Shown: positions 9,736 through 20,800 of the stretch, piece by piece
How the letters are laid out: the number at the start of each line of letters is the position of its first letter
How positions within the stretch are numbered: position 1 is the stretch's first letter
Assembly: GCF_011386835.1 (NCBI RefSeq)
Contig: NC_088809.1
Span: forward strand, 1,178,001 to 1,242,000
DNA length: 64,000 nt
Direction of reading: 5' to 3'
Source of the DNA: Chrysemys picta bellii
Taxonomy: Eukaryota
Position numbers and translations under genes: made by a program
The notes under the pieces: generated by a model
Seen by the model: only the letters and a program-made list of their open reading frames with translations
What the model was told of the DNA's origin: nothing
Database searches by the model: none

Positions 9736-10689
9736 TTCTGATCCTACTGACCCCCAAAGGCTCAGAGAGCAAATGGCCAGAACCCAGCGTTTGGGATTTT
9801 TGAGCCACTCTCACGACTGGTTGGGCCTGACTCAGGATCTGTGAGCACCTGGGGCGAGCGATGTCGACGCGCCCCCAAGACATGCCGTGATGGCTGCGCT
9901 TTAGGATCTGAGTGAAGCTATTTCCCTGTGAATCAGCAGCTGCAGGGCAAGTGACCAAACCACCCGGCACTCCAGAGTGGTGGGGGGCTGAAGCCAGGGG
10001 CCAGCGACCAGCCTGGCTGCATCGTGCAGAGTCTGGGCCCTTTGCTCACTTTCTCTGTGCTCTCCAGTTCATTGCTCTGTGTATTCTGCTCCCAGAATTC
10101 TCCTTTCATCAGATCCTCTTGTTACTAATTAACATGAATTCGGCTCTTCCTCCTGGCTCCTGATAACTCCCTGCCATCGGGGGCAAGGAGCAAGGGTCCA
10201 GGCTCCACCTGGGCTCAGCCTGTACACGCTGCCAAGGCCCAGCCCGAGCATGGGGCCGCGTCCCATTGCAAAGCAGGGCCCAGCTGCTCTGCCCGCTGTG
10301 GGCCATCTCACATCGCTACAGCAGAGAGACACTGCACACTTAGTGACAGAGCTGCTGGGATTGGAGAGACTGGGGACTGTCTGTGTGCGCTGCTCTCTGC
10401 CCTCGCAGGAGTCCTGGTTGTCAGCCTTATCACCCTTCTGTAGGCTGGGAGATAGAGACAAGGTTACCAGGGAGCTCTCAGGTCTGCCTCAGCCTCCCGT
10501 CCTGCACTAGGAACGCAGTCATCAGGGCTTGCTGAAGGCTTTCTCCCCCAGACGAATGGGGTTAGCAAGGCCCCAGGGCCAGGGCAGTGGGAAAGGCAGT
10601 GAAAGGCAGGCCGGTATGGACAGGGTTTGCCAGTTATCTTTTAGTTTAGTGATAAACGCCTAATTATCTTCCTATACATTCACATGGTT

Positions 10690-11078
10690 TAAAACGGATA
10701 TGATAAACATGAGAAAAGGGTTAGAAAACCTGACCCAAGGGAAGGTAAAAAAAACGGGGCACTTTAGTCTTGAGAAAAGACGATGGAGGGGGGCCCTGAT
10801 GACAGTCTTTCATATGTTCAGGGCAGATATAAAGAGGTGTCTGATCGATGGTTGTCTGTGTCCACTGCAGGTAGAACAAGAAGTAACCAGCTAAATCTGC
10901 AGCTTAGATATTAGCAAAACTCTCGGACTCTAAGGGGAGTTGAGCATTTCCAAGGGAGGGTGTGGCATCTAAGAGCAGGTTGGACAAACTCGGGTCAGGG
11001 CTGGTCTAGGGTTACTTGTCCTGCCTCAGCGCAGGGGGCTGGACTCGAGGTCCCTTCCAGCCCGACATGTCCGTGATT
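10690..11078 (+). mobile_element. CR1 LINE 3' fragment
   Basis: GLENL...FSLEKRR peptide remnant and tail gaggtcccttccagccc...tgattct. Confidence 0.85.
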
Positions 11079-11799
11079 CTCTGAGTTGGCGTCTCCCCGT
11101 TGGGTAGATGAGCCGGACTGAAAGTTGGTACATTGTTGTAAGGAGAGGTCTAGCCTGTGCCTCTCCTGGCGAGCCTGGCCCCCGAGTTTCGTGGGCAGAG
11201 CCAGTCAGCGATGCCCATTTCCTGAGCAAAGCAAACGGGAGCCTCTCCAGCCACCCAGGGTAACGCAAGTGGAACCCGCAGCAGGGATCTAAGCAAAGGC
11301 ACAAGGCATCCTGATCTCTGCGGCTGCCCCCCGTTCGTCCAGGGTAGGGGAGCCCCACAGGAGCGTCCTGCTGCCTGGACATTGACACAGGCAATCGACC
11401 GCACTCAGCTAAGTGGGCTCTCTCCTCTTTCAGGCTGCAAGGCCCGTCACCCTGATCAGGGAGAGCTGATGAAATGCCCTGCACATAGGAGCTGCTCAGC
11501 GAGGACAGGGGCAGGGGGCAGCCCGGAGACCTGCCTGTCAGGCAGCGTAGAGCCAAGAGTAACTGGCCAGACTAAGGCTCTGATCTAGGTCCTCTCCCAG
11601 CTGCAGAGTGCATTGGGTGTAGGTGGAAGCTGAGGTCACATCCAGAGCCCCAGCCTGCTGCTGTCACAACCCCCCAAGAAAGAAAACAAGAATTCTGGGC
11701 TTGGCAGGGAAAGCAAGAGGGATGGAAAAGCAAAAGGTTAATAATTTAACTGACTAGCGAGCCCCTGTGGACGGGGACACACGCAAACACCATCCCCTA

Positions 11800-12590
11800 G
11801 GGAGGCTCATGCACCAACTATCACCTCCCAGTGACACGCGCACACACACCAACTACCTCCCCCAGGGACAGGTTCACACACCAACTACCACCCCTCAGCG
11901 ACACGTGCACACACCAACTACCACCCCCCCAGCGACACGCGCACACACACCAACTACCACCCCCAGCAACACGCGCACACACCAGCTACCCCCCCCCCCC
12001 AGAGACAAATAGGCCCACACCAGCTACCCCGCCCCAGGGACACGCGCACACACCAACTACCACCCCCCAGCAACACGCATACACACCAGCTACCCACCCC
12101 CCAGGGACACGTGCACACACCACCTACCTCCCCCCCCAGGGACACACACACACACCAACTACCACCTCCCAGTGACACGCGCACACACACCAACTACCAC
12201 CCCCAGGGACAGGTTCACACACCAACTACCACCCCCAGGGACATGCGCACACACCAGCTACCCCCCCCAGGGACACGCGCACACACCAGCTACCCCCCCC
12301 AGGGACACGCGCACACACCAGCTACCCCCCCCGGGACACGCGCACACACCAACTACCACCCCCCAGCAACATGCGCACACACCAACTACCACCCCCCAGC
12401 AACACGCGCACACACCAGCTACCCACCCCCCAGGGACACGCGCACACACCAACTACCACCCCCCCAGCGACACGCGCACACACCAGCTACCCACCCCCCC
12501 AGCGACACGCGCACACACCAACTACCGCCCCCCAGCGACACGCGCACACACCAGCTATCCACCCCCAGGGACACGCGGGCGCACCGAGGG
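11800..12590. repeat. Minisatellite, about 30-36 bp unit gacacgcgcacacacca(a/g)ctaccacccccca, about 22-25 copies
   Basis: Direct inspection; explains the THTPTTTP/HTHQLPPP ORFs in the track. Confidence 0.93.
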
Positions 12591-13627
12591 AGGCTCACTA
12601 CGGTGGGTAGCCCCTTTGCTCTGTGGACTCCTAGCTAAATGAACTCTTGCTAGCACTGGGTAGAAATCATGGGCTAGGAAACTCCTTACGGCTTTGCAGG
12701 CTCTGCACTCAGCGTCTCCTGGAGGCCTGGGCCAGTCAGATCCCGTTGGTTACTGTCCCCTGGTACAAGATAACGGCCCTTTCCTGGGACAGCCCCCGGC
12801 TCTGTCCATCCACGCAGGTGCAGAGAGGGTTACCACTGGCTGCTACGGCACCAAAACAGCAACTTGGATTTAAGTCTCAGGCTGAGATGGCTGCGGCTTG
12901 GCTCTGGTGCAAAGGGTTTTCATGGCTCTTTTCAGTGTGTTTGGCCTGTGTGCCTGTCTGGGTTAGGTAACAAAAGGAGGTACCAGGCCAAATCCTGCTT
13001 ATAGCTACCCTGGGATAATCCTGAGCCAATAGAGTCACCCTGATCTACACCACTCTGCACGAGGACAGCTTGGCCCAGTAGCAAACGGACGCCGAGAACT
13101 GTCCCCGGGGCTGGGACCGGCAGCCAGGGCGACTCACCCAACCATGTGGAGAAGGAACGAAGCAGCAAACGGCAGCGCTGGACGGGAGGCTGCCTGCACC
13201 CCTGCACCTCGCTCTGCAATGCGCCAGCCAAGAGCTGCTGTGACCTGGGCCTGCGGCAGCCACTTGCAGCGTCGTGGGGGCTTCAGAGGAGGGAGGGAAA
13301 GGCAAGTGTGCGCTGCTGCCTCCTGCTCTGCCCAGGCCCCAGGGGCAGCACGCGACCCCCACTCCCCCCGTGAGCCCCGCCCTGCTGATTGCACATGGGG
13401 TGAGACTGTCACTGGCCAGCACCCTCGGCCGGGGGCCAGGCAGGGCTCCCTCAGGCTGCCCGCCCCATCTCGGAGGAGCGTGGCTGCAAGGGTGGCCAAA
13501 GGAGACTCGGAAGGAATGAACTGTCTGCCCCCAGGGCCTGAGAGAGGAGACGACAGAGCTCTGGGAAGGGCTCTCGGGATAGGTGGCAATAGAAGGGAGG
13601 GTCTGAGGGAGATACGGGGGGGACGGG

Positions 13628-13800
13628 ACCTGGGGCTTAGGGTGGACCAGGTGGGGGGGCTGAGAGGGGGGGTCAGGGTGGACCAGGTGGGGGGTAGAGG
13701 GGGACTCAGGGTGGATCAGCTGGGGGGGCTCAGGATGGATCAGCTGGGGGGGTAGAGGAAGGCTCAGGGTGGATCAGCTCCGGGGGCAGAGGGGGTTCTG
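13628..13800. repeat. G-rich minisatellite, about 25-35 bp unit ggggctcagggtgga(c/t)cag(g/c)tgggggg
   Basis: 5-6 imperfect copies 600-780 bp upstream of the SARM1 ATG. Confidence 0.8.
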
Positions 13801-14406
13801 GGTGAGCAGGGCCTGAGGGGAAGGCTGCCATCCCTGCTCAGTGGATTGCTAGAGCATCTCTGGTGGCAGCAGGAGGAGGGGATGTTGTTGTCATGGGGAC
13901 AGATCCTCCTTGTAGGGGCGGGACCTGAGATGGGTGACATCACCCCCAGGGGACGTGGGAGGATGCGGAACCGGAACCGACAGCAGTGCCTGGAGCAGGC
14001 AGTGCAGACAGCAGCTGCCATTCACTCACCTGGTCCTGAGCGCTCTGCATCCCGGCAGCGGCAACAGCATCCGGGTCTGGGAGGGGAGAAGAGCTGGCAC
14101 ACACTAAGCACTGCAGCTGGTAGCCAGCCCAGCTCCACCCTTCCTCCTCCTGCCATTCCAGCCTCCTTCCCCCAGCCTCCACCCGCTTTGTTCTCCATCC
14201 CTCCCCTCCTCCATCTCCCCTCTGCTGCAAGGAGCATCTTCCGCTCTCGCCCCTCCGAGGGCACCAGGCCGTGCAGCCGCTGGCCTGCCCAGGGGCCCGT
14301 GCACAGCGCTTTGCAGCTAACTTCGTGCCCTCCAGGACGAGTCCCAGGCCAAGGCTCCCGTCCCCTACCGTGGAGGCTGAGCTGGGATGCTGCTCTAGGG
14401 GTGCCC

Positions 14407-14861
14407 ATGGTTCTCACCCTGCTCGTCTCCATCTATAAACTGTGCCGTTTTTTTGCCATGTCCAGTTCGGAGAGGGTGTTGGTGCCTGAGTACATGAGCC
14501 ATGCGTGCTTGTGGTCCGGGGCGGGGGCTGCCTGCAACCACCGAGAAGTGTCCCCTGGGGTGAGCACGGATGTCCAGGTGGCTCTGGATCGGATCCTCCC
14601 TGACCTGCACCTGGCCATTTCCTCCATGAAGCAGGCAGTCAACCCCGAGGATCTCAGGAAGGGGATCGCAGAGATCTTCCAGCTGGTGGAGGAAGCCTGG
14701 GTGATGCCCACCCTGGGGAGAGATGTGGCCAAAGCTCTGTGTGATGTGATCCGCCTGGAGGGGGGCCTGGACCTGCTGCTGAACCTGCTCCAGGCAACAG
14801 AGCTGGAAACCAAGTGCCAGGCTAGCAAACTCCTGGAGCAGATCCTGGTGGCAGAAAACAG
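14407..14861 (+). CDS. SARM1: SARM1 exon 1 (mitochondrial targeting segment, ARM start)
   Basis: MVLTLL...[14 protein letters not shown]...EQILVAEN; donor AG|gtgagt. Confidence 0.96.
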
Positions 14862-17800
14862 GTGAGTCTGCAAAGGGCCCACACCCTGCAGAGCCCTGCC
14901 CCCAGCACACCCCCACACAGCCCTCCTCCCAGTGCCCCACACAGAGACCTCCCCCAGCACCTTATTATTAAGCTTTTGCTTTTCCACCTCTCTTGCTTTC
15001 CCTGCCACACACCCATCTGCCCAAGGGCCCCGGCACCCCTCCCTTCTGTTGCGGACTGTGATGAGCTCTGGGCTGCAGGCTCCCGGGGCAGGGCGTAGAT
15101 AGAGTCATTCACACAAACAGGTGACTCCAGCAGCATGTTCCGTTTGTGTGTCACACGTTTGGGGTCTTTGTCACACCTGGCGTCCCCCGTTCAGGCCTCG
15201 GCAGTGAGGGGGACGTACCCTTTGGGAGCCGGCTCAGGGCAGAGGCTGCCCAGCGTGCTCGGTAGCTGAGGATAATGAACCATGGTTACAATGGTCATGC
15301 CTAGGGCCCCCCATTGCCCCACCGTGCTAGGTGCTGTACAGAGGGATGGGCCAGTGGATTTGACCAGAAGGCCCTAAAGGCTGGGGAGGTGGCAGCCATG
15401 AAAGAGGGGCTGAGGCAAAGTCCAAGGGACTCGCTGCTTGGGTCAGAGCTCTGGCTGGGAGGTGTGTTCAGTAACACAGAGGGCATGCAAGCCTCCGGCT
15501 CCCTGAGCTCCCAGAGCAAAGTTCCTCTGCCCCTCAGGATGACGCTCCCTAGCTGGGGATCTTAGCAGGGCGAGGGAGAGAACTTCCTCCAGGAGGGTCT
15601 CTGAGGGCTGTGCTCGAGAATTAGACTCTTCTGCTGGCCCGGCAGACAAGTGGTTAGTGATATGTGTATTCTCCAGCATAGGGATGGGAGCGTGTGTGTG
15701 TATAGGGTCTAGGACAGCTTGGATTTTCCCTTCTCTAAGTGTGTGCACTCAGATCTCTGCCCCCTTGAGACTGTCAGCTCCTTGGGGTGGCGCTGTGCTG
15801 TCCCCCACATCTGTGCACCCCTGCGCATCCACTGCATCACCAGGGATCATGCGTTCATTGGGACGAGTCACCCCAACGAGTGAAGCTTCTACTCCCGCTG
15901 ACACTTGCTAGCACACTCTGGCTGTCGGAGCTACAGGTCCAAATGCTCAGAACACGTCCCAGGCTCAGCTACCCGGGTCTCGCAGTTCTCAGCCCTCGGC
16001 GGAAGTAGGCAGGGAGACGAGGACTTCTGCCCCTGACATCCATAGGAACCAGCTCAGGCACCTCTTGTATGGGCCAATGCACGTCCTTGGGTTGGGTCTG
16101 ACAGCTCCCTCCAGCCCTCCTGCTTGGATGAAATGAGACCTGCCCTCCATACTCAGTCACACAGCTCTGCCTGCTCACTCGTCTAGCTGAGCACAGGTTT
16201 CTGGAGCAGGCAGCACAGAGGGCAGGTTAGTGCCTGGATGAGTTTTGTCACGGTCCTCTCTTGCTGCAGCCTCTCTCTGGGCTGGGCTGTGATATCATCT
16301 CCCGCAGGGTGCGTCTCATCACAGCCAGTGAGCTCAGCCTGCTAGCGCATCCCAGTGTGCTAGACGCTGCGCCAGAGCCGCTCTCCTTGTCCCCAGGACA
16401 CTGAGTGGCTGGGGCCGGGGCAGGTGGTTCAAAGCCCTAACTCCCTGCGAGTTCAGTATGTTCTTGGCCCAAGCCCCGGTGGCAGTGCTGCAGATGACAG
16501 GACCATGGGCCGGCAGCTTCACCCAGACTCAGCCCATCTACCCCGAACTCTAGCGTAGGGTGACCAGATCACACAGGTGAAATATCGGGACGCGGGGGGG
16601 AGAGAGGGGCTGAGAAGAAAAATAAAAACAGCCGCCGGAGCTCCACGCCCTGCCCCCCCCCACCAGCTTGCCTCCACTCCATCTCCACCTCCCCCCTCCC
16701 TCCAGCGCTTGTGCCGCCATACAGCTGATCAGCGCAAGCCTGGGAGGGAGGGGGGAGGAGGAGGAATGCGGCGTGCTTGGGGAAGAGGCGGGGCCAGGGC
16801 GGGGATTTGGGGAGGGGTCCAATGGGGCAGTGAGGGGGCAGGGCTGGGGGCGCGGGGCCAGGGCGGGGATTTGGGGAGGGGTCCAATGGGGCAGTGAGGG
16901 GGCAGGGCTGGGGGCGCGGGGCCAGGGCGGGGATTTGGGGAGGGGTCCAATGGGGCAGTGAGGGGGCAGGGCTGTGGGCGCGGGGCCAGGGCGGGGATTT
17001 GGGGAGGGGTCCAATGGGGCAGTGAGGGGGCAGGGCTGGGGGCGCGGGGCCAGGGCGGGGATTTGGGGAGGGATCCAATGGGAGAAGGAGGGGGCGGAGT
17101 CGGGGCGGGGGGGGGCGCGCGAGCTCCCTCCAGGCTCCGCTCCGCCTGTGAGCCGAGGCAAAATATCAGGACAATTCGGCTCCCGACCGAAGGTAGGTTG
17201 GGACGCGGGACAAATAAGCAAATATCAGGACAGTCCCGATAAAATCCGGACGTCTGGTCACCCTACTCTAGCGGTTCCCTCCTGGCTGCTGGCATTGGCC
17301 TTTCTGCCCCGTCTGTGAGCTAGGCTGTTGGTTTCTCTGGTTCCCTACCAATTATCCCCACATCCTTTCCCTGACCCCTGTGCTGGCTGCCCAGAGTCCC
17401 AAGCCTGGTTCCTTGCTCCCAGACTGGACTATATCTGCTCTCGCCTGTTCTGGACAATGCAAACCTAGGGTCTTGGACCCTGCGCGGAGGAGGCCGAGGC
17501 AGGAAGACTCTGCAATCTGACCTGAACTTCTTGTTTTAATGGTTCCTGCAAACCTGACAGTCACGTCGTCTAGCCCACCAGTCCTGTCAGCTGCCCCACA
17601 TGGCAGCTCACTCCAGCTTGGACATTTTCATCCACAATTCCCCTTCCTCTCCTGGTCTCCAGCAGGTTTCGACCCAGCCGCCGTTCTGCCTCCTTTTCCA
17701 GGACTCAATGCCTGAGCCACTGTGCTCTGCACGCACCCTCAGCTCCTGCCTGCTAGGGTGGCACTGCGTCCAGGCACCAGCAGGTAGTTGAGACGGACAC

Positions 17801-20800
17801 TGCCTTGACTGTGCAGCTGAGGAGACGCAGAGCTCCCACCACCGCGGGTCTGCACAGCTGGGTGTCCAAAGAGGCTGCCACCGACGGTCAGGACTCACTT
17901 TTCTAGGACAGGAACGGAGGCAGAAGGATTCATGCTTAGAAGGTGAATGCACGAGGCACGTTCTTTGCACACGCATCTGTGTGTGAGCGTAGTGGGACTC
18001 GTTGCTGTCGGGGAACGGCTGTAATGTGCACGTTCAGCGCAGGAGCAGGGGACATTTCTGAGGGCAAGGTCTCTGCAAACGCTGCTTGGTGCAAGTATCG
18101 ATCAGCACGTACTGCAGCTGGCCCTGCTATGGGGTCTGGGGCTCATCCAAATTTACAGCCTATTCTGCCCCCTCCACTGCGCCCAGTGGTAACAGCGGGG
18201 CCCAGAGAGGCAAAGAGGTTAATGAAGAGAATGCATTAGGATGTCATTAACATGGGAGGAAACGTCAGCTCAGAGAGTTTGAATTCAGCCCCTCGGTTCC
18301 TGGCAAGAGGGAGCGGCCGTTTGGCCCCAGAACCACACGTTCTGCATCTGGGCCAGGAGACAAGTCTGTTCATTCTGTTCCCAGCCAGACCCCTTGCTGC
18401 AGTCTAGCAGGCTGTGCTCTGCCCCTAGCAAATGCAGGCTTGGAGGGTCATTGAGCCCAGAACCCCATGGGGGTGAGACCCAGGTACCCCTCCCCCCAGC
18501 ATTCCCAGGCTGAACACTGAGCCGCAGCACTTCACACTAAACTCAGGTTCTCAGCCTGGTTCCTGCCATGGCCGCACAAGCTGCCAGGTGCAGCCGCTCC
18601 TACCCAGAATCCTTTGCAATGATTCCCATGCTGCAACAAGCTCCGTCTGACAGTGCCCTGCCCTAGCCAGAGATGCGGAGAATCTCCGAGCCCCTGGTGA
18701 GCCTGGAGCCTGGGTGGAAGGGCCTGGACTCTGGACCCCAGCCCCAGGCTGAGTGTTTTCCAGAGCTATCTGAGTGGTTGCTGTCCGATTTAGCCCAAGG
18801 TCACTGTGAGCAGCACAGAGAACAGGAGTTCCCAGAACCACCCATCTCACCTGCACTGAGGGGAAAGAGGGGCTGCCTGCATTGCATCCCTCGAATTTGG
18901 CAGACAGAGACTTTGCTGACCCTCCAGCCCACCCCTCTGTGGGCTTTGTGGGCCAGAAACGCAGTGGTTTGTCCCAGCCACTGCCTGGAGCTGTGATCAA
19001 TACTGACTGCTCTAGCGCCCCAGCCACGCTTGTACTGGACCTGCACTCCGCATTAGCCTGTTGGTGGCATGGTGCAGAGGCCCCACGCACTCTGTCACAA
19101 CCTGGCCAGACACCGGTCTGCTGGGAGGGGCCCCACCACTTGTACTGGAGCTGCGTGGCACCCTGGCACTGTTTCTAGCTCTGGGTCTCTAGGGCTTACT
19201 CCCAGCTTCCGGTCTCTTGTCCGAGCCCTTCCTTAGGATGAGGGTCTCCATAGTCCTGTTGCCCCAGACCCTGGAACCAGCCGCCCCGGGTGCTTCCACA
19301 CGCTCTCCCAGAGCGCTGGGCTCCTGGTTTAACCCCTTCAGGGACAATGGGACAGGGATGCAAGGAGCTTCCTAACCCCATCGACTTTACTCCAAGAGCA
19401 CTAGACGGCTACAGATCTTTGCAAATAACCAAAATCCCGACCCTCCATTCCCACCCCACCAATCTGATCCCTCACCTCCTGGGAGACCAAGGACTGGTCA
19501 GCGTTTCCAGCTGGGGAGAGTCCCTCCGCCCCCCCCCACCCCCAGCCAGTGCCTCTAGCATGTCATGATGGGTGGCTAAATACAGTCTCTGTTTGCCATG
19601 TGGCCAGACGGAGAAAGTCCATCTCCTTCCCCCAGTCAGACGTCTGCACACACAATTCATTGTTCCTTGGGCCAGCTGTCAGTTGTGATGGCCCCAGATT
19701 GCTTGTCACGACTTCTCAGTCACAGTCATTCAGATCAGCGTCCAGGACTTTTCTGGGCTGGGCACCTGGTTGGACTGCGGCCTAACAGACCATGTTCTCG
19801 TGGGCACAACCAGAACCGGGGACAGGCTAAGGACAAGGAGACAGTGGCGCTTACAGTTTACTACGACATATGCCTTCCACCCCCATCACATGCTACACAG
19901 TTCCTGGACAGACATCAGAAGTGAGTCATGGGCACGAGCTGTGGGCCCCAGCAGGACACGCCCCAAGTAACCCATCCCTAGTCAGGGTACTGGGAAGCAA
20001 GGAGGCTCTGTGACGTGGCGAGAAAGCCCCTGGACAAGCACTGGAGATCTGGCTGGGGAGCAAGTGTCGCTACCAGAGGCTGCTCCCAGCTTTCATCGAG
20101 CGAACGCCCCCCTTGGGCTCAGAGGCAAGTGAGAAGGGAAACAAGAAGCACAGACAGGAACAGGGCCGGCTCCAGGCACCAGCTTCTCAAGCAGGTGCTT
20201 GGGGCGGCCGCTCTGGAGAGGGGCGGCAGGTCCAGGTATTCAGCGGCAATTCGGCGGAGGGTCCGTCACTCCGCCTGGGAGTGAAGGACCTCCCGCCGAA
20301 TTGCCGCCGCAGATCGCGACTTTTTTTTTGGCTGCTTGGGGCGGCCAAAACCCTGGAGCCGGCCCTGGGCAGGAAACAGGCCTGCAAAGCACAAACTCAA
20401 GAGCCTTTGAATAAGGGCCTGGCTGGCGGTACCACAATGGCCTGGAGCAGAGAGCCAAACCGCAGCAAACCTGGTGCTCTAGGGAGCTGGGATGAGGCTG
20501 ACGGACAGAGAGGGCTTTGCCGAGGGTTGTAACCACCTGTGCCAGTCAAACGGACAGAACCAGCTGAGGAACACGTGCAGGAGCATGAGAAGTGTAACCG
20601 TGTCTGTAGGCCCCAGGGGAGCGTGTCCTTACGCATTCCTGCTCACAGTGGGGACAGCGAATCATGGACAATCCAGCTAACATGTCAGGGGAAGGGAGTG
20701 TGGGACTCTGCTCTCGTGTGTGTCTATCGGTCTCTCTCCCGTTAACTCCAGGGCGACTCTAGACCACTTCCAGAGCATTAACAGAGCTGGGCACAATGGG

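Noticed and set aside
11767-12642. Repetitive His/Thr/Pro ORFs and a possible CRISPR-like array
   Set aside because: Head-to-tail minisatellite with no unique spacers and no cas genes; eukaryotic context.
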